Assembly (NCBI GenBank): GCA_951406725.2
Contig: OX597819.1
Span: 107,074,001-107,138,000 of the forward strand
Length of the DNA stretch: 64,000 nt
Source: Octopus vulgaris
Lineage: Eukaryota
Direction: 5' to 3'
Below the pieces are notes generated by a model. That model saw only the letters and a list, made by a program, of their open reading frames with translations. It did not search any database and was not told the DNA's origin. Numbering within the stretch: position 1 is the first letter of the stretch; every line of letters begins with the position of its first letter. Positions 11,899-26,032 of the stretch are shown here, piece after piece. Position numbers and translations under genes: made by a program.

Positions 11899-13674
11899 TT
11901 TTTTTCTTCTTTCAAGTTTGCTTCCATTTCTTGCCAAGTGTCTTCCCGACTCCTAGGGCAAAGAAACTCATAGTATACATTGGTAGGCCATTAAACCAAA
12001 CTCAATAGTTCGTTCATTTTTTTTTTTTTTTTTTAAAGTTACATTAAAATACATGAGCAGCAACAGTTCTCACATCGACAATGCACTTCTCAATACGTGT
12101 GATGTACCAGTTAAGACAATCTTTTGCACTTCTTGCAGGGATGGTAAGCCAGGGATCATTCTCATATAATTTTCGGTTCCCTTCTTGATCATTCCTAGTG
12201 CTCCTACGATCACTGGTATTGTAACCGCCTTGAGATGCCACATTTTCTCAATTTCAATGAGTAGGTCTTTATATTTTCTGAGCTTGTCAAACTCTTTCGC
12301 TGAGATATTATGATCACAGGGGATGCTCATGTCGATCAATAAGCAAACTTTATTGTTTTGGTCTTTCACAACAATATCTGGTTTATTGGCCTTGATGGTT
12401 CGGTCTGTATGTATGTATTGGAAAGTCTCACAGAATGGTTACATTTTCTCCTTCAGTTACAGCCTCAGGGTGGTGATTATACCACTTCTCGGCAGTTTTG
12501 ATATTGTAATGCCGACTTATTAGCCAGTGTGGATATTGGCCAACTCTGTCATGTCTTAATTTATACTCCACTGGAGCTAAGACTTTACATCCAGAGATTA
12601 GGTGGTCCACTGTTTCAATCATGTCGTTGCAGAATCGGCATTTTGGGTCTGCTCCATTTTTCATCACATTGGCCTGGTAGTTCCGGGTTAATAGGCTTTG
12701 ATCTTGAGCAGCCAGGATGAAACCTTCGCTCCCTGCTTTTAGCCCTGAGCTCCGTAGCCACTGATGGGTTTGCTTCTGGTCAACATCAGCTTGTTTGCTG
12801 CGGGTCACATATTTGCCGTGCAGAGGTTTCTCCTCCCACTTATCAGCCAATTGCTCGTGCGCTTTTTTCGTTGCCATTATTTTTACCTTCTTTGCAACAA
12901 TAATTGCCGTACTTCCCTCGGGTTGTTCTGTTTGGGTATCCTGCACGAGATCAATAGCAAATTTTTTGCTTTCCTTTATGATAGAATGAAGCTTCTTTCG
13001 TCTCTCGTGATTTTCCACGAGCTTTAGCATCCAGTCATTCGATATTTCGAGATATTTGGCCAGTCCAATTGTGGTTGTTTTGTAAGCTAGTTCAAATTGG
13101 ATCAGGCCTCGACCTCCTTGGGCTCTGGGAAGGTAAAGGCGATACGTCTGCCTTTGGGTGGTGCATAACTCAGCAGCTTGCGTATTTTCCTATCTATATT
13201 TTTTACTTCACTCATATTCCAGTTCAACACATTGTAGCTATAAGTAACAACTGGAACGGCTAAGGAATTTATAGCTAACACCTTGTTACGTGCATTTAGT
13301 TCAGATTTCAGGACTGCACGAACTCTCCTATAACATTCCTTCCTGATCTTCTTTTTCATGCTTGCATGCTGAATACCAGAGCCTTCATTTATCCCTAAAT
13401 ATTTGTATGTTTGTTCTTGCTCAAGCTCTCTTATGACTGTGTCAACATCTAACACGACTGAATTTGTGGTCTTCACTTTCGCTAACCATTCAGGTGTTTT
13501 CTTTGGGTCTCTCATAATTCCATTGAGCAGCTGAACTAGCTTACCGTGTGCGCATGGGAGCGATGCGAGCCAGAAATTCGGCACCCTATCTTTACCGGGG
13601 GATTTCCAATTATGGGCCTTCGTGAGTGCCTTTCTTAGGTCTGCTATAGTGATGTCTTCCCATGCTTGTTGTTG

Positions 13675-13676
<2 letters not shown>
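11897..13676 (-). mobile_element. R4/Dong-clade non-LTR retrotransposon, 5'-truncated and internally deleted
   Basis: NWKSPGKD, PEWL, YKYLG, KPLHG, CCHC knuckle CRFC..ETVDHLISGC, RHD, NKPDIVV..LLID, KYKDL, IVGALG. Flanked on both sides by (TAA)n on the element strand (11806-11896 and 13677-13764), the known Dong target/tail. Confidence 0.93.
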
Positions 13677-13733
<57 letters not shown>

Positions 13734-13764
13734 CATTATTATTATTGTTATTATTATTATTATT

Positions 13765-14517
<753 letters not shown>

Positions 14518-15652
14518 TTGAAGGAAGATAGAATGAGAAAAAAGGGCTGTTCTGTAGAAATTGTGGAAATGACATGCATGAAAGCGAATTTTTCTATTGA
14601 AGCAATGAAAGGTAATAACAGCAAAAGAACGAAACAGGGGAAGTATGTAATACTAAAGGATTGGCTGGCAAAAAGGACAAATGCGAACCAAAATATAAAA
14701 GAAAGTGAGTGAAGCACTCTGTAAATGAATGAAAGATTTGGATCATATGAGAATATTCATGAAACAGAGTTAGAGAGAGAAAGAGAGAGTGAAAGAGGGG
14801 GAGAGAAAGGGAGAGAGAAACTGCAGGAGAAAGAGAGAATATGAAATCTGGGAAGAAATTTCACGAAATGTATCAGTGAATTATGGAAGTAAATGTACAG
14901 GAAGAAAGTTTGCGATGTCATCTCTGTTATTGCCAACACTATATGTCTACATGTCAGGTGTGTGCGTGCAGATATATGGCCACACATATTCTAACTTTGC
15001 CCGTCTGGTATTTTAGGCGATTCTCAGAATAGAAACTCAGTTTATCCTCCGCTTTACCAAGGGGCTTTGTCATCACAGGAATGGTATTTGGAAGCTATAA
15101 GCGATCAAATTATCAATAATGCTTCCTATTTAGCCCGATACTAAGACGTCAGCTAAAACATGAGATGTGATAATGATAAGTGGTAGATTGTCTGACGAGT
15201 GTAACAATTATACTGCGCATAAGTGACTGAATGTATATGTAACTTTATGTAAAAGAATGTGTCCAACCAGTGCTCAGTCATTTCTCATTTATTTTGCATG
15301 GTGTATGGTAGACTCGGTTTGAGTAACAGTATGCTTCAAACTATCGTGCTTTTAAGTCGTTCTATGATTATTGAATTATGATTTTTCTTTTCTAAAATTT
15401 TTGCAATATATTTGAATCAAAATGTCATCAAAAGATAGAGGAGTTTAAGGAAAACATGTGAAAATATATGTAACACAAACTCGAACTGAATTTTTTAAAG
15501 GAATCCTCATGGAAAGAATAGGGTACCTACTTATAATGGCTTTGCCATTATAGAAGACATGTAAAGCAAAGTGACGTATCTTGGTACGCTAAGATCGTAT
15601 CTTAAGAACATAGCAACAGTTAAGTGTCATCGTAATTAAACTGTAAGAGTAA

Positions 15653-15891
<239 letters not shown>

Positions 15892-16384
15892 TAATAAACG
15901 AATAGCAGACGGTTGCTATCTTTAAGGTACCTTAATCGATTTTATACATATATATATATGCAAAGAACCTCTACATCACAAATCATACAGAGGTGTATAC
16001 CAGTATTCCTATTTGCGTATATTTCCACGTAGTCTGAAGTTTAGATTTACCTTTTAATTTTACTTTACGACACTGAATATAGGCACCTGTAGTAGATAGA
16101 CACCTATAGTATCACTAAGGTGGGTGTGGAATAGACACGCTCAGCTTTGAAGGATTGAATGAAAGTTATATACTTATTCTTGTGTCGCCCAAATAAGATA
16201 TATTTCACATCAAAAACAATAGAAGGAATCCAAGATTACTTTTGACATAACGGACTTATGACATAAATGGATGCCTCATTCGCCTGTGAATCCTTGGCTT
16301 CACTAGAGATATATGTACGTATGAATGTATGTATGTATGCATGTGTATATGTATGCATGTTGTGTGTTTGTATGTATGTATGTA

Positions 16385-16429
<45 letters not shown>

Positions 16430-16555
16430 GTATATATATATATATAAATGTGTGTGCCTGTATACATATATATATATAAAATAGCAACTCTCTCACCTAT
16501 ATATATATGTCTATATATACATATACACATTTGTATATAGATATATACGCATACA

Positions 16556-16600
<45 letters not shown>

Positions 16601-16952
16601 TTATATACACAGAGAGTGAGAGTTAAATGGATACATATGCACAAGCATGCACATGCATACAAGTACATGGATTTATATATTTACATACACAAATATATAT
16701 GCACATATACATATACATTCGCTTCCACGCGTTCATTATTGCATACACACACTTCAATAAGTGTGTGTACATGTGTGTCTGTGTATGTGTGCGCATGTGT
16801 TAGTGTTTCTGTGAATTCTTCATGACTATCTATATTTGCTTCTATGTGTGTATGGTTATACAGATCTTTATGAATGTGCATGTAAGATTATAAGTTGTTA
16901 TAATGTTTCCAACTTAAACCATACACTGCTTTTTAGTGTTACAGACATCTGT

Positions 16953-17650
16953 CATTGCACTGTGACCACGAATGACATCCCCTTCAAGGAAATGCGTCTA
17001 CTATATCGATCACTGTATTTTGGTAATTATTTTACCAACCTCCGAAAATGACCAAAGATCAATGAACTGTATGTTATGCCAGACAGGCTGCACGGTAACT
17101 AATAGCGCAAGTATTTTCAATTGAATTCTTATTTGTTTCTTTTCGTTCACTTTAGAGTACTAGAAGAAATTGATATTTACGACTGGGGTTTTATGTTTAC
17201 TCTGATAGAAAGAGTGGGAAAATTACATTCCATCTTACGTTGTACATTGAAGACTACGGAAAAGATAATCTGCACGTGAACACAATAAGAGCAGTACATA
17301 TATATATATATATATACACAGATTTAGAGATTTCAAGCATTGCACTTTGACATGCATGACTTCGCCTTCAAGGAAATTAGTCTATACTATCGATCACAGT
17401 GCTTTGGTAATTATTTTAACAACGTCCGATAATTAAGAACGATGAATGTAGTGTGTTTGATGAGAGACAGCAGATAGAGCATACAGATTAACTTAAAGCA
17501 CTGGTTTTCTATGCTCGTGTCTTACAGTACTTGAAGGAATTGAAGGTTATAATGGGGATTTTATTTTTACTCTGATAGAACGAGCGGCAAAACATTTCCC
17601 ACATATCACGTCGTAATTTACAATATGAGGAAAGGACAAATTTAACATAG
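16953..17650. repeat. Old direct tandem duplication, period ~385 bp
   Basis: CATTGCACT at 16953 and 17338; shared CCTTCAAGGAAAT, TATCGATCAC, TTTGGTAATTATTTTA, TTTACTCTGATAGAA. Confidence 0.85.
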
Positions 17651-17748
17651 GACTGATGCATAGCCTCTTAACAAGCTGGAGGGTACCTGTGACAATACAT
17701 TTAATCCTGCTTCTATCTGAAAAATGACCTCTTCCCCCTCTCTCTCTT

Positions 17749-17796
<48 letters not shown>

Positions 17797-17918
17797 TATG
17801 TTTCGGGACGGTCACATTTTGTTACCATATAAACACACGCACTTTATATTCGCTCTTTACTTGTTTATTATTGTTATTTTACGTCCTTTGTCTGGAAATC
17901 TTTCGTCAGACACCTGAA

Positions 17919-18800
17919 TATATGGACAAAATAATGGTAACACCTAGTATTATAGCATCATCATTTTTAAATATCTATAAAACCGTCAAAATATTGTTTG
18001 TTTTATGTTTTTGATATATTATTAGTGTTGCTTAATATGTTTTGCTGAAGTTGCTCTTTCTTGTCAGATATCATCAGAAAAAGGTAATTAAAATTCATTG
18101 AAATGACAGATCTATCGGACTTTCAAAGAAAATAAATTGTTGGTGCTCATATGGCAGGTGCTAGTGTAGTGAAAACAGCCGAAATATTTGGTGTATCAAG
18201 AAGTCCTCGAAAGTCTCGAAAGTAATGACAGCCTTTGAGAAAGAGGGAAAAACATCCTCATCGAAACAAAACTCCGGAAGTAAACCAAAACTTTCAGATA
18301 GGGACTGTCAGATTCTTGCACGAATTGTTAGAAAGGATCACAAAAGTACAGCTCCCAGAATAGCTGTAGAGCTTAATGACCACCTCGAGAACCCAGTTTC
18401 CACAAAAGCTGTTCGCTGGGTGCTGCACAAAGCTAGATGTCATGGGAGGGCTGCAAACAGAAAAAAACTACTTACAAAAACAAACGTTGCAAAGCATTTA
18501 GAGCGGATTAATAAACCTACAGAATTGGTTCCTAGAGCAATAGAAGAATGATATTTTCTCGGACAAGTCATTCTCTGCCTCATTTCCGAACACCGGCCGA
18601 GTATACATGTGGAGACAGCCATAGCAAGCATTTGACCCAGACTGCCTTCTTCCAACTATTAAACGTGGAGGAGGATAGTGATGAACTGGGTGGGCTATAT
18701 CTTGGAATACCACCGGCAATGGTTTCCCTTCATGGCAGAATTAATAGTCAGGACTATTTAAGCATTTTACCTGATCAAATTCATCCAATGGTGGCGGAAC
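17919..18800 (+). mobile_element. Tc1-like transposon, 5' two-thirds (pseudogenised transposase)
   Basis: TIR-like ATATGGACAAAATAATGGTAACACC; [56 protein letters not shown] with frameshifts. Confidence 0.9.
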
Positions 18801-18840
18801 GCAATTCTTCAGAAACACAGAAGTATACATACATACTTAC

Positions 18841-18845
18841 ATGGG

Positions 18846-18894
<49 letters not shown>

Positions 18895-19053
18895 GTATAT
18901 GTATATATATATACATACATACATACATACATAGTTATATATATATAAATATACACACATATACATACACTTATATATATATATATATATATATATACAT
19001 TTAAATATAAGTATGTACATATATACATATGTACATATATTTATATATATTTG

Positions 19054-19093
<40 letters not shown>

Positions 19094-19116
19094 TTTATAT
19101 GCATTCATACATTTAC

Positions 19117-19157
<41 letters not shown>

Positions 19158-19225
19158 TATACACAAACACACACACACACACACACACACGTACATACAC
19201 ACACGCACACATGCGCGCGCGCACG
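18841..19225. repeat. (TA)n/(CA)n compound microsatellite
   Basis: Directly visible. Confidence 0.95.
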
Positions 19226-20333
19226 CTCTCACATACAGGTCTTATTTTAAATATTTCAGTCACTGAACTCCGAACACATTTATCAATCTCATTCACATTT
19301 AGTCTATAAAGTGTTTAGCTGGTGTCCAGCAGTAGATTATCAAATTTGTTCTTTCCTTATATTTGTGTGGGAGATACGATGCGTTCGAATTTTTACCTCT
19401 TAGTTTATGAGACTGAAAACGAAATCTCCTTTGCAAATATCATTTTTTTTAAAAGTATTGTAATATAAAGATTGAGCAAAGACAAAATTATTGCTTCCAG
19501 TGAAAATACTTGTGGTATTGGTTTCCATCCTCCCTGTCCCAGGTCACACATAACTCGTTCATCTTCCTTCATTTTCACAGGTCGATAAATTAATTACGAA
19601 AATTCGGTGATCGATATAACAGGCCAGTCTCCTTCAAGGCGATGTCAAGGTTAACCAAAGTGCAATGCACTATGAGTAATGTTATAAAGTACTGTGTAAG
19701 TTCGAAATATTTTAACGCTTTTTGTCACACTGATACACTTATATACGGATTCACAGAGTATTGCAGAAGCACACATCTCACACACCTATACTTTTATATA
19801 CAGATACACACTTATCCACACTCATATACAGTTATATTACAAATTAGCCGAGGAAAGAATCCGATCGAATATGTATGCAGTACTGTTTGTTATATGCCGT
19901 TTGAAGTATTTGTACGTGTGTGTGTCTGCATGTGCACTCGCCCATGTTTGTGTGAGTGTTTCTCTGTGTATGTATGTGTGTGTATCTGTGCGTATGTGTT
20001 TATAATGGTGCATGTGTATAGCATAGTCTAGCCATCACGTGATGTTTTTATATCATCATCATCTTCATCATCAAAATGGTTGTTCGTTCCTAATCTTCCG
20101 TGAATACCATGTCTAGGTAAGGGAAAATATTGCGTTGCTTGTATACAGATGAGTGTTGGATGCGGATGACAAGTATATTTGGCCACGGAAATTCTGTTTC
20201 AAAAATTTCCATCTGACACGGGGAGGCAAGCAAATTTGAACATTAAATGATGATGATGATGATGATTAGCATATACACACATAGAGACACACACAGACAC
20301 ATACTCACACACAAACACACACACAAATATATG

Positions 20334-20366
<33 letters not shown>

Positions 20367-20409
20367 ATTTATGTATTTATGATATATATATCTAAGCAAA
20401 ATATAGGAT

Positions 20410-21260
20410 CCAAAACGTCTCCGATCCTCCATCATTACCAGTGGCAACCTCTCACACGGTGAAGTCCGTGAGTTTACGTACCTGAACAATTACGCATGGC
20501 CTCTCACTCGACCAGGAGCTGAACAGAAGAATCGGTTTAACAGCTTCGACCATCGCCAAACTAGCTCAAAAAGTGTGGTTAAACGGCAAGCAGACGAGAT
20601 CCACAGAATTCACAGTCTATGAAGTATGTGTCCTCAGCGCCTTGCTATTCGGCGGTAAGAGCTCATGACTTTACGCCAGACAAGAGCGAAGTTTGAATGT
20701 TTTCCATCTGCGCAACATTCGGAGTATTCTCGACGTCAAGTGGAACGACTGCCTCACTAATAACGATATATTTACCCGTTCCTAGTCAGCCATTAACCAC
20801 TTTCACACTACTTCGGCAACGCCGTCTCCACTGGCTGGGTCAAGTGCACCAGATGCCTGATGGGAGGTTCCTGAAAGATATACTTTATGGGTAGCTAGCC
20901 TCCGGCAGACGTGCTCGCAGACCACTACATCTACGTTTCATGGATGTGTGTAAACGTGACATGAAGGTCATGAATATGAATAACAAAATCTGAGATAACA
21001 TGGCAAAAGACCGTTCCTGCTGGAGACAGTCGCTGAGTACCGCCCTGAGGTAAGGAGAGGCTCACATATGTCAGACAGAAGAGATAGACGGAGACGCAGG
21101 AAGACCGAACTAGCAACAAACGACCAACCGACCAACTTCATTTACGACGTTGCAGCTGTGACTGTCACTCAAGCATTGGCCTTCTAAGTTACAAGCGCTT
21201 CTGCAACACCAATACAATCCAAGGCGCAGATCCAGTCTTTCGGGACTAACGGATGCCAAT
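20410..21260 (+). mobile_element. RTE-clade (BovB-like) LINE, 3' fragment
   Basis: EFTYL..SLDQELNRRIG..VYEVCVLSALLFG..FHLRNIRSILDVKWND..RRLHWLGQVHQMPDGRFLKDILYG..LRFMDVCKRDMK. Confidence 0.9.
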
Positions 21261-21569
21261 CATATATCCTGTCATTTTTTACCAAGCGTCAAGCCTGTAC
21301 ACTTCTTGTGCACCTGCTCTCGTTCGTTAAGTTTACTAATTTATATGAATTGATCGTGTGTGTGTGTGTAGATTTTAACAAGACAGTTTTGATAATGTGA
21401 ATTTTTATAAGAAACTCTTGTTTGGTGTCCAACGTAGTAGAATCGAAACTAGAAACATATGCATGCGAAGCGAACCTCTTGAGAATAGAGCTGTTCTTGC
21501 AAAATATAATTAATAATCGATCGATTGGCTATAACTATAGTAATCTAAAATGCTGGAACCGAAGTTTAT

Positions 21570-21604
<35 letters not shown>

Positions 21605-21650
21605 TAGATCGATAAATAGATAGATTAATATACACTATTGTAAACATATG

Positions 21651-21748
<98 letters not shown>

Positions 21749-22255
21749 TATGCGTGTCTGTGTGTGCATCTCCGTGCTTGTGTATATGTGCATATGCATG
21801 TATGTATGTATATATTTATGTATGTATGTGCCTATGTATATATGTATATATATTTGAATATTTGAGAGGAAGTTTATTCATTTATTTCAGATTTTTACAA
21901 GCTAATATTTATAGAGTTGGAATGCAGTAAATCAGTCGTATTCCACTTACGATTTGAAAGTTAAAGTTTAAAAGATCAACATCAAATAGAAATAAAAAGG
22001 AAAGCCATTATATCTAACATCAGAACTCGGTTATGACGATTTCTCACAGAAGCTCACAATCAGTGTTCTTTTATGAGTTAAAGATTGATACAAGTATATT
22101 GCTGTGCCTGATAGATTTATGAGGTTAAAATCATGTACGTTTCTAAATCATTCACAGCTTTAATAAAACCTGCTCGTTTTATCCACTCAATATGAGGAAT
22201 TTCAAGTACAACTAAGGTGCATTTCCTTATAGATATCGATACTAATTAGATATGA

Positions 22256-22865
22256 TATTGGGTTATTCGGAAAGTTCATGCCGATTTATAGTAGCTTACC
22301 TTTCGACTTATTTTAGAACATGATTGATTCCATAAAATAGGATTTGAGTACACCTCCATTTGGAGCACATTTTAAGCTATCTTTCCATGGAAGAAGGTTT
22401 ATGTTCCTGTAACCTGTGTTAATTTTGTAGCCCTTTAAAATGGAAGATAAGAAAGTTCGTTTTCGGCACTTGATGCTTTGGGAACCAGACAAAAATTGCT
22501 ACAGCTCGGGTGGGATGAGTTACCTCCACCCTCCATATTCACCAGATATTGCTCCTTTGAATTTCCACTTATTCAGGTCTCTGATTTCCACTTATTCAGG
22601 TCTCTGGATCTCCACTTATTCAGGTCTCAGTTTTAATGGTAAAAATTTCAATTCTTTGGATGACGTAAAAAGTTACCTTGACGAAGTTTTTGCCATGAAT
22701 CTACCACAATTCTGGGAAGAGGGTATTTTCAAGATAAAGGAAAGATGGAGACGCATTGTGCAACAAAATGGTTCATATTTGGTTGATTAAAAATGTAATG
22801 GCAAGTATTTATTGATCTTTTTCTTACCTTTAAAAATCGGCACAAACTTTTCGGACAACTCAATA
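22256..22865 (+). mobile_element. Internally deleted mariner element
   Basis: TA-flanked TIRs TTGGGTTATTCGGAAAGTTCATGCCGATTT / AAATCGGCACAAACTTTTCGGACAACTCAA. N-terminus MEDKKVRFRHLMLWE is fused to the C-terminal HPPYSPDIAP..FHLFRSL..ERWRRIVQQNGSY. Confidence 0.93.
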
Positions 22866-23249
22866 TTATAAGTATAGTATTATGCTCTAGAAATAATTTC
22901 GTTTTGCTTTCGAGTTTGTCCCTTCACGTTTTGAGTTCAAATCCCAACGTGTATAACTTCAGCATAGAACCGTCTGGGCTCGTAAAAAATTAAATGTTAG
23001 TCAACACAAAAGTTGAGATAGTAAAGCGTCCTTAGTCACCAGTTTCTAATCTTGTGCTTCTGAAAAGAAAATTTTGTGTTTCTTTTTTTCAATAAAACAA
23101 AATAACAGATTTTTAAAGATAGGTTAAATGACATCGATTGACTTCTGCACTTCTTTAACCACTCATGATAATGACGATGATTTACAGAATGTAAGAGCAC
23201 ACATGATTAAGGGAAGATGATTTTTGATAGTTTGTTCAATTATGTATAT

Positions 23250-23252
<3 letters not shown>

Positions 23253-23317
<65 letters not shown>

Positions 23318-23458
23318 TATGATGATAATAATAATAATAATAACAATAATAATAATTATTATTATTATTATTATTATTATTATCATTATTATTATTATTA
23401 TTATTATCATCATCATCATCATCTTCATCATCATCATCGTCATCATCATCATCACCAT
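23253..23458. repeat. Inverted compound microsatellite (TAA)n followed by (TTA)n(TCA)n
   Basis: Orientation switch at ~23355. Confidence 0.95.
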
Positions 23459-24390
23459 AGTAGACTTCGCATAGTATGCAATATCGTGAGGTTGTTGATT
23501 GAAGATACTGTATCTACCGGGGGTTTGTACTGTTTGTCAAGTCAAAAGAAGAACCTCAGACAGACAGTACTTTATGCAATATGCATGCAGTTCCAAGTAA
23601 TGCCGACTTTTGTAATACACCTAGATTGTAAGGTATTACACATAGATTGTAAAGTTTTCGGGTGTTTTTTCAGATTGGGTGGTGTTGAACCCCATACTCC
23701 AATGAGAATAGGAATAATCATTATTTTATTACAGACGCCACGCAGTATATAATATCGTGAGGTTGTTGGTCGAAAATATTGTGCCTACCAGGGGTTTGTA
23801 CTGTCTGTCAAGTCACAACAAGGGCCTCAGATAGACAGTACTTTACGCATTATTCGTGAAGTTGCAAGTAATGCGGACTTTTGCAATAAATCCAGATTGT
23901 AGGGGAGTTTTCAGATTATTTTCAGATTGGATGGTATTGAACCTAATGCTCCGACGACAATATAGATAACCTTTATGTTCGACTCTCGTAGCTGCCACAC
24001 CTTAGCGATCTCAATTCTCAGGTCTCCACGTTTATCAACTTTTTCTCTTTCTTTCGTGATGTTGATCTCCAGACATTGCTACGTCGATTATTAGGTACTC
24101 TTGTTTGTCCTCCTAAATGTTACTATATCCGGCCTTCGGTGATCTAGCACTGTGTCTGTTTGAAAATCAAAGTTCCAGAGGATTTTTGCCTTTCCCTTTT
24201 CGTCCATTGCCTTTTCCGGTGTATGTTGGTACCAAGCACCCGTAATCTCATATCCATACTTACGGTATAGTAGCCAGCGGAGGTTTTGGGTTACTTTGTC
24301 GTGCCTACGCTTGTACTCTTTCTCCGGAAGACTTTCACAAGCACTAACAACGTGAGTCACACTTTCGACCTTCTTCCCACATAGTCTTCT
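23459..24390 (-). mobile_element. Two head-to-tail R4/Dong LINE 3' ends (~23459-23720 and ~23731-24390)
   Basis: ESVTHVVSAC..EYKRRHDKV..KILWNFDFQTD..RRPDIV..VVGALG; the 3'UTR (AATATCGTGAGGTTGTTG..GGGGTTTGTACTG) is present twice. Confidence 0.9.
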
Positions 24391-25794
24391 GGCTTAAAAT
24401 CAGAAACAGATGGTTTATCATAATAATTTAGCCTTACCTAGATGTAAACAACAACACAACAACATCATCACAACCAACAATAATACACATTGGCCAATGT
24501 AAAGGTCGGATGGTTACAGCTGGAGTACATGTTGTCCATTTCGTCAGATATGAACTGCACCAGAGCAACAACTATTGTTCACGTTGGTTAATGTTATCTT
24601 TGTTATGCCTATCTAGTTTTAGATACCTTCAAATACGTGCTGGATGTTTCACAGTTAGAATGCTTTCGATCAATCCTGCACTCGGTTGAAACTGGTTTGG
24701 AACAAGCAGCAATAACTCTCAGCCCTCACACTTGCCTTGGCAATTAGCCATCTTCATATTGTTAACATGTGTATCATCACTAAATGTTCCATTTCCCTGT
24801 AATCATGTTTTTGCTATGGACCTGCAGACTGCCCTTGTTGAGCCAGAAAATAAATAAAAATTAATATTATTTTCTTGGGCAAGTCTAGTACTTGAATCCA
24901 TAGTTGCAGGAATGAATCTTCCTTATTAATATTCTATAATTATAGCTGTGAATTTATTTTATCTCGCAGGTCACATTGAAGCGATCTGTTTTGATTCAAA
25001 ATGTTCATATGTGTAGTGATATCTGTGATTAAATATGCAATATGAGAAACATTGGTGTATTATTTCTATATTGACCACACAGACACTCTTTGAGCCACTT
25101 AATGATAGCATAAATATTTTTTACTTCAGTATTACTGAAATTGAGACCCTACTTCATAATGAAGTAGTATGGCAAGAGTTAATGTTAAATATATCCAAAC
25201 TTGTAACAAATAGAGTTTGAGTGACATCGTCAAAAACTTTCTATTTCAATATTATAAGAATTGCTATCACAAGATTTGTCTGAGCGAGAGTTAACTATCT
25301 CCCCATGAGTGAATTATAGAATGATTTGACATCATATAACATTTTGATTAAGGTAGACGTGATCCTCTGACAGTGTCTCAATAAGTGTTAGATATCTTCC
25401 CGCAGACACAGTTATGTTGCAACGTGGTCTTGTAATTAACTTCACATATTCGATTTCGTTGATAAACTAAATTTCATTCCAACTGAATTCATAAGTATTT
25501 GTGTAACCATGTGTCCCCTAATTAAAATATTTCAACATCAGAAATCTAACATAGCTATTTGGTTAAGAGTTTCACTAAGCAAGTAAATTGTCAGCTGTTC
25601 GATGCAATGCACTGCACGTTGGAGTACTCTCTTCGATAAGCCATGTGTACGCATATATGTGTGTATATGAGTCAATGTCTCTCCATGTATGTTCGTATAG
25701 GTATCTATGATCATGAGCTGAACACACTAATAATTGAGTCACTCTTCTTCACCCACTATTGACACTGAATAGTTTTTAGCAGTTCTATTCCGAT

Positions 25795-26032
25795 ATGTGT
25801 TCGCATAAAATTTTCTCCTTTCTGTTTTTGACGAGCCTAATTTCTCAAGATTGGTATTTAAGTACTGTGATACATATCGCAGTGCCCCGATAATTAAAGA
25901 TATAGAGCTGAACTTGTAATTTGGATAGGGTAACTGCAGCTTCCTCAATAGTTCAACGTAGGTATAATCTTTTTCCCTGATCTTCAGCTTTATGTTAACA
26001 TCGGATGGGCAGCTAATTTCCACTACTCTACA
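25795..26032 (-). mobile_element. R4/Dong-type LINE endonuclease C-terminal fragment
   Basis: VVEISCPSDVNIKLKIREKDYTYVELLRKLQL..LIIGALRYV. Confidence 0.75.

Noticed and set aside
15058-15160. Minus-strand exon candidate (TTTTAG...GTAAAG)
   Set aside because: Stop codons in all three frames.
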